Both the position numbers and the translations under genes were made by a program. DNA of 64,000 nt, from positions 1,152,001-1,216,000 of the forward strand of contig CP143273.1 in assembly GCA_051013385.1 (NCBI GenBank). Reading direction: 5' to 3'. The notes beneath the pieces are model-generated. The model saw nothing but the letters and a program-made list of their open reading frames with translations, did no database searches and was not told where the DNA came from. The DNA comes from Phormidium sp. GTDB lineage: Bacteria; Cyanobacteriota; Cyanobacteriia; Cyanobacteriales; Aerosakkonemataceae. Each line of letters opens with the position of its first letter. Position 1 is the first letter of the stretch. Positions 15,205 to 27,391 of the stretch are shown piece by piece.

Positions 15205-18200
15205 TTGAATTACCTTTGATCGCCAGTAGGCGTTGATCACTTCTCTATATGCCTCAACCATAATATTTTTTACTTTTGAATTACCTTTGATCGCCAGTAG
15301 GCGTTGATCACGTGTACAGATTGTGGGCTCAAGCCAACCAGAGAGCGTTGAATTACCTTTGATCGCCAGTAGGCGTTGATCACTTAACAATTCTTAACGT
15401 TTATACATGGCAACGATTATTGAATTACCTTTGATCGCCAGTAGGCGTTGATCACAAGAAGGAGTATGTGCGTTTGCCGCAGTCGCTATCATTTGAATTA
15501 CCTTTGATCGCCAGTAGGCGTTGATCACTAGACGAGGTGCTTGCTTTTAGTTGAATTACTCTGTTGAATTACCTTTGATCGCCAGTAGGCGTTGATCACT
15601 GAGATTCTTGGCATTCAAGTACAATCGGATAACTTTGAATTACCTTTGATCGCCAGTAGGCGTTGATCACTGAACTCGCCCCGTAAGTGTCATGGGCCTT
15701 CTTCATTTGAATTACCTTTGATCGCCAGTAGGCGTTGATCACATGCAAGAAATCAGATCAAAAACGGTGCTAAATCCTTGAATTACCTTTGATCGCCAGT
15801 AGGCGTTGATCACTATTGGCACCGATAACGAATTGGCAAGGTTTTTAAGATTGAATTACCTTTGATCGCCAGTAGGCGTTGATCACCAAGATACTAAAGC
15901 CATTTTTGAACCAGAAGCTAGGTTGAATTACCTTTGATCGCCAGTAGGCGTTGATCACGCGATCGGCGGTGGTGGAGATTGTTGCTGTAATTCTTGAATT
16001 ACCTTTGATCGCCAGTAGGCGTTGATCACACAATTTATACGAAAGATACTGAGATATTATGAATTGAATTACCTTTGATCGCCAGTAGGCGTTGATCACA
16101 GTAATCATCTTCTGCTGCTCTTGCTCAGTAATTTTTGAATTACCTTTGATCGCCAGTAGGCGTTGATCACTTTCCTAACAAACAGCCAGCAATTGAGCCA
16201 GCAATTTTGAATTACCTTTGATCGCCAGTAGGCGTTGATCACGTACGCACAACTTAAAGCCAAAGCTGCTGTAATTTATTGAATTACCTTTGATCGCCAG
16301 TAGGCGTTGATCACGTAAAAGAATGTTAGTTAATGAAGCTATGGTAAAAGCGTTGAATTACCTTTGATCGCCAGTAGGCGTTGATCACAATTTAATTGAA
16401 ACTTTAGGCAGCTTCTTTATTGTTGAATTACCTTTGATCGCCAGTAGGCGTTGATCACGAGTTGCATCATTAATTTGCTCAGTTGGGGCTAAGGATTGAA
16501 TTACCTTTGATCGCCAGTAGGCGTTGATCACAATATAGCAAGAGTTCCTTCGGCACCTCTTTGTTTTGAATTACCTTTGATCGCCAGTAGGCGTTGATCA
16601 CTGACCAGCTTCGTACTCAGCGATCGCTTTTACAACCCTTGAATTACCTTTGATCGCCAGTAGGCGTTGATCACTTCCCCTGCTTTAATTGAAAAGCCAG
16701 TGATTATTGATTGAATTACCTTTGATCGCCAGTAGGCGTTGATCACTTAATATTCCCTTGTAAAGGTGATTAGCATACAGTCGTTTGAATTACCTTTGAT
16801 CGCCAGTAGGCGTTGATCACAATCATAACGACAAATCGAAAGCGATCGAAATGTATTTTGAATTACCTTTGATCGCCAGTAGGCGTTGATCACCTCTAAA
16901 TTCTTTAGACCAAAAAAAAGCTGCTTCCATTGAATTACCTTTGATCGCCAGTAGGCGTTGATCACATTTGGTAATCGGAATTTTGAGCAATGTTAATCAA
17001 TTTGAATTACCTTTGATCGCCAGTAGGCGTTGATCACGTTTGCCACTGGCTTTAGGAATTAGGTTTGAGAAATTGAATTACCTTTGATCGCCAGTAGGCG
17101 TTGATCACGGTATCGCCAGCTTTTGTTGGGTGAGTAGTTAACTTTTGAATTACCTTTGATCGCCAGTAGGCGTTGATCACATTGCCTGTTAAGAAATTGT
17201 GAGATCGCCCTAACAGTTGAATTACCTTTGATCGCCAGTAGGCGTTGATCACCAAATGATTTACCGTGAGGCAACTTACAAGCACTTTTGAATTACCTTT
17301 GATCGCCAGTAGGCGTTGATCACATATTGCTGCGCTAATTCCTTATATCTTTGCTTGTTGAATTACCTTTGATCGCCAGTAGGCGTTGATCACATTTTGG
17401 GCGTTATATTGTTCGCCTCTCGCATCTAGTTTGAATTACCTTTGATCGCCAGTAGGCGTTGATCACAGTAGCCGCAACCAATTTGAACCCTACCCAGTAA
17501 AATTGAATTACCTTTGATCGCCAGTAGGCGTTGATCACTAATCACAAGCGAAACGCGAGGGATTCGCAAGCGATATTGAATTACCTTTGATCGCCAGTAG
17601 GCGTTGATCACTGGAAGAACGCTCTTATTTCTCCAGATCAACAACTTGAATTACCTTTGATCGCCAGTAGGCGTTGATCACTTCACCGCACCCGCATCAA
17701 GGGAGATCACTACGGTTTGAATTACCTTTGATCGCCAGTAGGCGTTGATCACAAAAGTATTTCTGGCAGATAATGTCAAATTGCTACTCTTGAATTACCT
17801 TTGATCGCCAGTAGGCGTTGATCACGGTAAGACTAAGAGATGAAGCTATTAATGCTTTTCTTGAATTACCTTTGATCGCCAGTAGGCGTTGATCACGAGG
17901 CGTAAAACATTTACTTCTTTGATTCCTTCCTCTTGAATTACCTTTGATCGCCAGTAGGCGTTGATCACAAGAATTGAGAAAAAAGTTGATGCTTGCAAGA
18001 AAGTCTTGAATTACCTTTGATCGCCAGTAGGCGTTGATCACACTTAGTAAATATTGAAAAACACTCCAGCCTTTATTCTTGAATTACCTTTGATCGCCAG
18101 TAGGCGTTGATCACAACTTACAATCTTTTTTATCAATCGCACAGATAGGCTTGAATTACCTTTGATCGCCAGTAGGCGTTGATCACTTGTTTTTCATAAT

Positions 18201-21200
18201 ATTCAAGTTTATCTCTATACTCTTGAATTACCTTTGATCGCCAGTAGGCGTTGATCACCTTTAAAAATCAAAGACTTATTGCTCAAGCCAGAAGCTTGAA
18301 TTACCTTTGATCGCCAGTAGGCGTTGATCACACCAAAAATTTGTATTTGCAGAAGCAGATACGGTCGTTGAATTACCTTTGATCGCCAGTAGGCGTTGAT
18401 CACTGCTTGGTGCTATTTGTTAAACCAGAAATCTATATTGAATTACCTTTGATCGCCAGTAGGCGTTGATCACTAACAGATTGGAAAAAGTAGCACTTGA
18501 CAAGCCTGAATTGAATTACCTTTGATCGCCAGTAGGCGTTGATCACAACCGGATGGGGAGCTTGAACCATTGCAGGATGACTTGAATTACCTTTGATCGC
18601 CAGTAGGCGTTGATCACAAGGGAAGCGCAAACAATACAAAGGCTGGAAAGTAGCTTGAATTACCTTTGATCGCCAGTAGGCGTTGATCACAACTGGATTA
18701 GATAATTATTAAATATAATCTCCCGGTTGAATTACCTTTGATCGCCAGTAGGCGTTGATCACGTAAGCAACAGGTTAAAACAATTGTCGAGCGTTACCTT
18801 GAATTACCTTTGATCGCCAGTAGGCGTTGATCACTTCCCTGCTCTATATCGGTTTCAATTATTAATGCTATTGAATTACCTTTGATCGCCAGTAGGCGTT
18901 GATCACGAGAGGGTTTAGAAAATAACAGCAATGGAACCGCTATTGAATTACCTTTGATCGCCAGTAGGCGTTGATCACGTCATATCTTGTTCGGCAATTG
19001 CTTTTAATGCTGTTGAATTACCTTTGATCGCCAGTAGGCGTTGATCACTAGCTAAAGCCTTGGAAGAGTACGGGGATTTATCTTGAATTACCTTTGATCG
19101 CCAGTAGGCGTTGATCACGATTTATTGGACTGAATTCGACGGGATTCAATCGATTGAATTACCTTTGATCGCCAGTAGGCGTTGATCACCTTTTGGAATT
19201 AGATGATATTTATATAATTCCCCAGTTGAATTACCTTTGATCGCCAGTAGGCGTTGATCACGTAATGCGCCAGAAACAGACGATGCACAATAGAGGTTGA
19301 ATTACCTTTGATCGCCAGTAGGCGTTGATCACATATCCCCATGTAAATAAGCTTCAAAAAAAAACTTGAATTACCTTTGATCGCCAGTAGGCGTTGATCA
19401 CGATTGTCACTCTGTCAATATCATCGGCAGCCAAAATATTGAATTACCTTTGATCGCCAGTAGGCGTTGATCACCTTCACAAATAGCAGCTAAAGCGGTA
19501 TTGCAACCATTGAATTACCTTTGATCGCCAGTAGGCGTTGATCACAGAAAATTCCGGTCTTTTAGTCGCACGCGATCGCCTTGAATTACCTTTGATCGCC
19601 AGTAGGCGTTGATCACATTAGGTTCGTCACCGTTGATATTTCCATCAAGATTTGAATTACCTTTGATCGCCAGTAGGCGTTGATCACAGGAAAACTAGAA
19701 AATATTTATTAGCTCTTGAAATTTTGAATTACCTTTGATCGCCAGTAGGCGTTGATCACAAGTTCCCCCCACTGGGCATGAACAGCAAGTCACCTTTGAA
19801 TTACCTTTGATCGCCAGTAGGCGTTGATCACAACTCCAACGAACGAAATAGTCGTGCTGAAAATATTGTTTGAATTACCTTTGATCGCCAGTAGGCGTTG
19901 ATCACATGCCCACTTAAATACCCTTAGTGCCGCGATAAAACTTGAATTACCTTTGATCGCCAGTAGGCGTTGATCACAAGTTAACAATAGTCAAATTAGA
20001 CGAAACAATACTATTGAATTACCTTTGATCGCCAGTAGGCGTTGATCACAATACAGGTGTTGCGACTGCTTACAATCGCGGCAATTCTACTTTCCCTGAA
20101 TATTGAATTACCTTTGATCGCCAGTAGGCGTTGATCACAATACAGGTGTTGCGACTGCTGCACTAGCTAGGAATTGAATTACCTTTGATCGCCAGTAGGC
20201 GTTGATCACGTTCCGGCAATGGTTTAAGGATTAGCGGCGGTGGTAAATTGAATTACCTTTGATCGCCAGTAGGCGTTGATCACGTGTCTAGCCCAGGACT
20301 TACACCAAGAGCATTACATTGAATTACCTTTGATCGCCAGTAGGCGTTGATCACGAACCTATATCTTTAACTGTTTACCTCACCGCACTGTTGAATTACC
20401 TTTGATCGCCAGTAGGCGTTGATCACGTTTTAGTTGTGTTGGAATGGTGGCATAGTTAATGCTTGAATTACCTTTGATCGCCAGTAGGCGTTGATCACTG
20501 GTCGTTGTGCTGAATTAAAGCAGAAAGCTTGTATTGAATTACCTTTGATCGCCAGTAGGCGTTGATCACATGTTTCTGATAAAGCTTCCGACCAAGTAGC
20601 AGACGTTGAATTACCTTTGATCGCCAGTAGGCGTTGATCACGAATGTATTTAAGATTTGAATGTGATTGTATTGATTGAATTACCTTTGATCGCCAGTAG
20701 GCGTTGATCACATGACTGTTAGCCATTTAGTTATAGGTGCTGGTAGTTTGAATTACCTTTGATCGCCAGTAGGCGTTGATCACTAAGTAGCTGGCCCTGC
20801 TGGTACTCCGGTTCTTTTTGAATTACCTTTGATCGCCAGTAGGCGTTGATCACGAATCAAAAGGGTAAATGTTGTAGACGGGGCTAGTTTGAATTACCTT
20901 TGATCGCCAGTAGGCGTTGATCACGACAGGTAAAGACCATGAGGGAGAGCCTTTTTTCTTTTGAATTACCTTTGATCGCCAGTAGGCGTTGATCACTTTC
21001 AACAGCCACGATTGAGAGAACTTGGTTTAGACCATTGAATTACCTTTGATCGCCAGTAGGCGTTGATCACAAGAAATTGAGCTAATAGTAGTATTTTGGG
21101 ATAATTTGAATTACCTTTGATCGCCAGTAGGCGTTGATCACGATGCAAGCTTGAGGACGGACACCCGCAAACTGAAATTTGAATTACCTTTGATCGCCAG

Positions 21201-22728
21201 TAGGCGTTGATCACTTAATAACGTAAATCACAATGGCTTGCGTAGAGCCTTTTGAATTACCTTTGATCGCCAGTAGGCGTTGATCACAACTAAGGTGTTC
21301 AATAATTTCCTCGGTTTCTTGTTTTGAATTACCTTTGATCGCCAGTAGGCGTTGATCACCTGGCTAATGCAAAAGCAATTAAGGTTTCTAGACCTTGAAT
21401 TACCTTTGATCGCCAGTAGGCGTTGATCACAGTTGTTTAAGTCTCCCGATCGCTTCTTCTCTGTTTTGAATTACCTTTGATCGCCAGTAGGCGTTGATCA
21501 CTTCACAGTTGCAGGAACAGTAGTTAACCCGATTATCCGTTGAATTACCTTTGATCGCCAGTAGGCGTTGATCACAGACTTTGCCCCTAAAAAAGGGCTA
21601 TCGCCACTGTTTGAATTACCTTTGATCGCCAGTAGGCGTTGATCACTGCCTCCAATTCATTAGCAGTAACTTCTGCCTTAACATTGAATTACCTTTGATC
21701 GCCAGTAGGCGTTGATCACAATCGTACCATTTTTTCTAAAATTGCTTTGGAAGGTTTGAATTACCTTTGATCGCCAGTAGGCGTTGATCACAAGTCAATC
21801 AAATTAAAAATGCGATGTTTACTAGTGTTGAATTACCTTTGATCGCCAGTAGGCGTTGATCACGGTTAATAGTTTTTGCTCTTACGGACAAATCACTGCT
21901 TTGAATTACCTTTGATCGCCAGTAGGCGTTGATCACTGTTAATCCATCGATAGCCGCTAACATTGTAACATTGAATTACCTTTGATCGCCAGTAGGCGTT
22001 GATCACGCGCTAAACTTTGACTAACGGTATGCCAATAAAGCGTTTGAATTACCTTTGATCGCCAGTAGGCGTTGATCACTTTTTTTAATTGGATTTTTTC
22101 TGCATCTGGATCAGGAATTGAATTACCTTTGATCGCCAGTAGGCGTTGATCACACAATAATCATAAAGCAAAGCGCTGTCTTTTGTTTCTTGAATTACCT
22201 TTGATCGCCAGTAGGCGTTGATCACGGTATTGAACATTTATCTATCGCCGGACTACCCTCTTGAATTACCTTTGATCGCCAGTAGGCGTTGATCACTTAT
22301 CGCGGCAACTGTTGCGGCGGAATATCACAGATTTGAATTACCTTTGATCGCCAGTAGGCGTTGATCACGCGTTGAGGATGTCATCGGCTGTTAGTTTAAA
22401 GTCTTGAATTACCTTTGATCGCCAGTAGGCGTTGATCACTAGCAGCCTATGCGTTTCACTTTCGCCACCTCTCGATTGAATTACCTTTGATCGCCAGTAG
22501 GCGTTGATCACGAAAAAGAATACCCATGTGCTTTGCTGATTCAAAAATTGAATTACCTTTGATCGCCAGTAGGCGTTGATCACTGGGTAAACCAAAACTT
22601 TTCTATCTGCCTTATCAAGTATTGAATTACCTTTGATCGCCAGTAGGCGTTGATCACTAATGGCAGCTAAATTAATAGAGTGGAATTATATCTTGAATTA
22701 CCTTTGATCGCCAGTAGGCGTTGATCAC
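15205..22728 (+). CRISPR. CRISPR array 2: 105 repeats / 104 spacers (manual count); repeat TTGAATTACCTTTGATCGCCAGTAGGCGTTGATCAC; trailer cut by an IS
   Basis: Identical 36-nt repeats at ~72-bp period; only 13 nt follow the last repeat before the IS end. Confidence 0.99.
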
Positions 22729-22741
22729 CAGAATGGGAGGA

Positions 22742-24100
22742 GGCTCTCTCCTAAGCTCTGTGATAAAGCTAACTTATGAACAACTCTTTATGTCAGACAG
22801 AAACTCTGGCAAACCCTCTTTAATGGAGGGTTTGCCAGAGTTTCTGTAGAAAAATGATCTGTAGAAGTACGACAACTGGTACATTAGATATTAAATTACT
22901 GAAAAGCTCTGGAAAAAGATGACCTCTTTACTAGATAATTTACTAGATTTAGCAGAAACAACTGTCGAAGGTTATCAAGAAGTAGAAGGTTACGTTTGTC
23001 TTCATCTGAAGCTGTTAAATCGCGGAACTCACTGCCCTCACTGCAATTATTACACAGCAGAATTACATCAAACAACTCAGATACTAGTCAGAGATTTGTC
23101 CAGCTTCGGTAAACCAGTATACTTACGAGTACCCCGGCGGAGATTTTATTGTCCTAAATGTCAAAGATATAGTACAGAAAAGATAGACTTTTTAGCCGAA
23201 AGAAGAAACTATACCAAGAGATATGAACAGAATATTTACCAGAGAGTTCTCAGTTCTAATGTGGCCGAAGTTAGCCGGATAGAGTGCTTAAGTTGTGCAG
23301 AAGTAGACTTAATATTCCGGCGGATTAGTAGCGAAAAAAAAAGACTGGGGACAAGTAAGAAGGCTGACAATGGATGAAATCAGTCAACGAAAAGGTTATA
23401 GAGATTTTATCACAATGGTCGCCAATGCCGAGACAGGAAATTTGTTAGAAGTTATTGATAGTCATAAACAAGACGACATTATAGAAGCCTTGAAGCAGCA
23501 GCCATTGGAGGTGAGGGCGCAAGTAGAAGAAGTCAGCGTAGATATGTGGGGAGGCTTCCCAAAAGTTATTGCAGAAGTTTTTCCGAATGCGGCTGTAGTT
23601 ATTGACAGGTTTCATGTGATGAAGTTAGTTAATCAACGATTAAATAAGTTAAGACAAATAGTGGGAATAAAAGTTCAAGGTAGCCGATTTCTTTTGCTGA
23701 AAAATTCGGAGGATTTAACTGACGAGGAAAACCAAAAGCTACAAGAGATTTGGGAGCAATCACCTTGCTTGAGGATAGCTTACTCTATGAAAGAAGAACT
23801 TCGCGAAATTTACCAAACTAGTACCACCGTCAAAACTGGTGTAATTAGAATGAAGAAATGGTTAGCCCAAGCTCAGGTATTTTATAGTAAAGTTGCCCGC
23901 ACAATTAGTACTCATTTAGAAGGAATATGTAATTACTTTATCAGTCGCACAACCAGCGGTGTCATGGAAGGAATCAACAATAAAGCTAAATTAATGGGAG
24001 CGTCAAGGTTATGGTTTTACAAATTTTGAAAGCTTTCGTGCCCGCCTTTTAGGTAGCTTTTCTGATTAGAAATATTTATCACAGAGCTTAGAGGAGAGCC
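22742..24100 (+). mobile_element. ISL3-family insertion sequence
   Basis: Terminal IRs GGCTCTCTCCTAAGCTCTGTGATAA / TTATCACAGAGCTTAGAGGAGAGCC; no target-site duplication. Confidence 0.9.
22919..24069 (+). pseudogene. ISL3 transposase, split at an A9 run (23334-23342) and frameshifted again near 23997
   Basis: CPHC zinc finger, MDE, VSVDMW, IDRFHV, MEGINNKAK; conserved RQGYGFTNF tail lies in another frame. Confidence 0.85.
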
Positions 24101-25093
24101 GTGGATTAAGTAAGGTTGGTAAAGTTGTGTTGGTTGATAAACGAAACATTTAAATGCTTTTACCTGTTGGTTTAAGATATGCCATTTTGGTTCAGGCTCT
24201 CCTGTGGAAGTAGTAATTAATTCATCCATACGTTGAATAAAGAATTTCAGGTATTTAGTTCGACCAACATCATTGAGATAGCATCCCCCATTTTGATAAA
24301 CGAAATCTTGTTTAGCATTCATGACTTTGCTATTAATTAACCACAAAACTAGAGAATCAATAAAAGGGGCGCGGAATTCTTCGACCAAATCGCTGGCTAA
24401 TGCAGCATGGCGATCGCTAGTTTGATGCAAACAAGCTTGATAAGGATCGAGTCCTTGAATTTCAATTAGTGCTAATAGATGATTCCAAAGTATTTGATAA
24501 CCGAAACTGAGCATAGCATTGACCGGATTTCCTGGGGGATGCCGAGTTCTTTCTGTAAATACAAAATCTGAATTCGCTGTAAAGCATTCTGCTAATGCGG
24601 AGAAATACTGTGCGGCACCTGCTCCTTCAAATCCCATTAATCTTTCAATAGTGTCGGCTTTTTTTGCTTGTAATGCTAGGTAATCTAAGCTATCAATTAC
24701 CCTTTCTAGCAATGGGGAGTCAATTCTTTTTTTCTGTCGTCTTAGTAACACTCGGCTATTTTTTAATTTGGCATGAACTACTGCTCTTGCGATAATCATG
24801 CGTTCAACTTTACTCAATTGCTGTTGATAACGAGCTAGTTGACGATAACCCCGCTCGATCGCCATAACTCGTCCATAGCAATAACCCATCCTAGAAAGAT
24901 AAGCAATAGGGATATTCCGTTGGAGACAAGTACGAATTACCTGAGTTGTTAATTGCGATTTACCAAAAATTAAGATTTGTTCGAGAAAAGGTATTTGAAC
25001 TTGAGCTAGGATAGCATCGCTTTTTTTGACAATAAAATTTTCTTGTCGGAGCGATACATAACATCCCTGTTGGGAGACATAGAGAGTTTTCAA
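24017..25093 (-). CDS. cas1: Second Cas1 (cyanobacterial type III-associated type); native C-terminus replaced by IS sequence from 24100 downward
   Basis: TLYVSQQG, MGFEGAGAAQYF, PPGNPVNAMLSFGY and LASDLVEEFR motifs. Confidence 0.93.
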   Translation of the reverse strand: MKTLYVSQQGCYVSLRQENFIVKKSDAILAQVQIPFLEQILIFGKSQLTTQVIRTCLQRNIPIAYLSRMGYCYGRVMAIERGYRQLARYQQQLSKVERMIIARAVVHAKLKNSRVLLRRQKKRIDSPLLERVIDSLDYLALQAKKADTIERLMGFEGAGAAQYFSALAECFTANSDFVFTERTRHPPGNPVNAMLSFGYQILWNHLLALIEIQGLDPYQACLHQTSDRHAALASDLVEEFRAPFIDSLVLWLINSKVMNAKQDFVYQNGGCYLNDVGRTKYLKFFIQRMDELITTSTGEPEPKWHILNQQVKAFKCFVYQPTQLYQPYLIHGSPLSSVINISNQKSYLKGGHESFQNL

Positions 25094-25380
25094 TTTCGCT
25101 TATTCTCCTTTAAAAAAGATTGGCGAGAAATATGCCGCAGACCTGTGGAATTTTGATGAGGATCAGATCTCAGTTCGGCTTGGGAATTAGGTAATAACCA
25201 AACGATTAGTTTATCGGCAATGCTGGAAATTACATAGCTACTAGCAGTAACCAGTAATGTATTGATAATTACAGCAGCTAATCCTAAAGGAGCAATGAGT
25301 AGAATTATCAGCGTGATACTACCATTCGTAATAGCTACTAAAGCATTACGCAATTGTTGGGCGCGAGTTGAGAGATACAT
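25090..25380 (-). CDS. csx18: CRISPR-associated membrane protein Csx18
   Basis: MYLS.R...RN.LVA..NG.ITLIILLIAPLGLAAVIINT pattern, overlapping the cas1 start. Confidence 0.8.
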   Translation of the reverse strand: MYLSTRAQQLRNALVAITNGSITLIILLIAPLGLAAVIINTLLVTASSYVISSIADKLIVWLLPNSQAELRSDPHQNSTGLRHISRQSFLKENKRN

Positions 25381-25401
25381 AAGCTATTTGACAATTAATT
25401 T

Positions 25402-25710
25402 TTACTTGGGCAAACTTTCACAGGCTAGACCATTTTTATTTCTGTCTAATCTATGGGGATCATTAGGAAATGCGTCTAACACTGCTTGTGCTTCCCTTTG
25501 ATGGGAAAAATCTCGGCAGTTACATTTTTTCTGTACGCAAGGGTGGAGTTGAGCATTAATTGTTGAAGGGGAAGCTTGAGTTACGTTGTCAATAGTTTTA
25601 CTAGTACTTTTTGGAGGGTTTAGTAAATTCCCTAATCCTGGCTTGTGACAGCCATATTGCCAAAAAATAATAGTTGCTAAAACCGCCAATTGAGTCAGGG
25701 CTTTTAACAT
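25402..25710 (-). CDS. Exported Excalibur-like Ca-binding domain protein
   Basis: Hydrophobic N-terminus; NCRDF...EAQ...DPHRLDRNKNGLACESL. Confidence 0.75.
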   Translation of the reverse strand: MLKALTQLAVLATIIFWQYGCHKPGLGNLLNPPKSTSKTIDNVTQASPSTINAQLHPCVQKKCNCRDFSHQREAQAVLDAFPNDPHRLDRNKNGLACESLPK

Positions 25711-25872
25711 CTGGAATTTTTTCCTTATTCAGCACAATCTTTATTTAAAGAATGCAGCTGGCAGAAGTAGCCTTAACCTCAAAATTTGTCTCACTTTTTG
25801 CCTCAGTTGTTTGACTTGTGCCACCCAAAGGCTGTGTTTGGTAAGACATAATGGCATTAAAGAACAATATTT

Positions 25873-27391
25873 TTGGGGAACAAGGCTGTGGATTCCCTTG
25901 CTGCATCTACACAGGGACTCAATTTGGTTGACCAAAAAAGACAGCAAAAGCGATGGAACAAAACATCTACCCTTTGGTGTCAGGAGGCATTTACCACACG
26001 GTCAACCTTGAATCGCTTTTGGGAGGGAAAACCGATTCGGAGGGAAACTTTTATTGCTATCTGTGAAGCTGTTGGGGTTGGTTGGGAACAAGTGGCAGTT
26101 CAGCCGAATAATTTGTCAGAAGATTTTCAAAGTTTTTCATTGCCTTTTAAGATTGCGCCGATTAAATACTGGGTGGGGCGAAATTCGGAACTTGATACAC
26201 TCAAACAGCTACTTCTTGATTCTCACACTCGCACTGTGACGATTACATCTGTTAGTGTTGTTGGTTTAGCTGGTGTGGGTAAAACTACCTTGGCATCGCA
26301 GTTAGTCCGTCAGATGCAATCAGAAAATGCTCCTTTTGTGGTGGCTACTTGGGAGTCGTTACGTTCTACTAAGGGTATTGCACCTCGCTTTGACACCATC
26401 ATTGATGCCATGCTGTTTGATTTGTCTTTTGGTCAGATTGGTGCTGCTGATATTATCTTGGAAGATTATTTACAAAAAACTGAACGGCTGGTACAACTGC
26501 TGAAAAAGCAACGTTGTCTGGTAGTGATGGATAATGTGGAAACAGTGTTGAGTAGTAAGAAAGCTCAGAAGGCGGGATATTTTGCTGATGAGTGTGCTGA
26601 ATATGCTTGGTTATTTAAACAATTAGCTGAAACTGAACATCAAAGTAAGGTAATTTTTACTAGTCGGGAAACTTTGGCAGAATTGCCTAGACTACAAACT
26701 CATACTTTTCAGTTAGGTGGATTGGATTTAAAAGCATCGGTTGACCTTTTGCAAGCTTTAAATCTTACAGGTACATCGACGGAATTTTCTGCATTAGCAC
26801 GACGTTATGATGGGCATCCTAAAGCTTTGGAATTAGTTGCGGCTGTTATTAATGAAGATTTTCAAGGTGAGATTAGCCGATTTTTAGCTGACCGGAAATG
26901 GTTATTAATTCGGGATTTGGAAAGTTTAATTGATGAAATTATTGTTCGTCTGAGTCAAGAGGAATATACTTGTTTGAGTCAAATTTCAGTTTACCAAACT
27001 TCTGAGTTTCCTCTGCTGTCATCAGGAATTGCTGCCCAAATGTCAGAAGTTACGGAACGTCATTTGAAAGAAAATATTATTTTGGCTTTGAAACGTAGAC
27101 AATTGCTAGACTATGACTCAGAGTCAAAACTTTGCTTTGGCGATTTTGGCACAAGCTTACAATACTTCTGCTTTGATTGAGCAAAAGGTTGAAGATTATG
27201 AAGTAGCTATTCAACTTTCTCAGGAATGTTTAAAGGTGGCTCGTGAAATTCGGCATCCACCTACGGAAAGTTGGGCTTTGCGTAATTTGGGTGTGGCTTA
27301 TGGGGGAGTTAAGGATTACCAAAAGTCAATAAATTGTCTGAAAAAGGCTATCTTGGTCAAAAGATACAGAACTGCTGGGACTAGTTTTTGA
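25873..27391 (+). pseudogene. HTH + NB-ARC (STAND) ATPase with a frameshifted TPR fragment
   Basis: Walker A GLAGVGKTTLA, Walker B LVVMDNVE, GHPKAL; TPR-like ESWALRNLGVAY in another frame at 27113-27391. Confidence 0.75.

Noticed and set aside
18691..19225. Two spacers (18691, 19190) with similar AT-rich sequence
   Set aside because: Alignment needs indels in low-complexity sequence
15193..22595. Many short minus-strand ORFs with VINAYWRSKVIQ / DQRLLAIKGNS repeats
   Set aside because: Translations of the CRISPR repeat, not genes
22658..22692. Last full spacer shares TTAATAGAGTGG with the ISL3 near 30792
   Set aside because: Only 12 contiguous nt; the remainder mismatches
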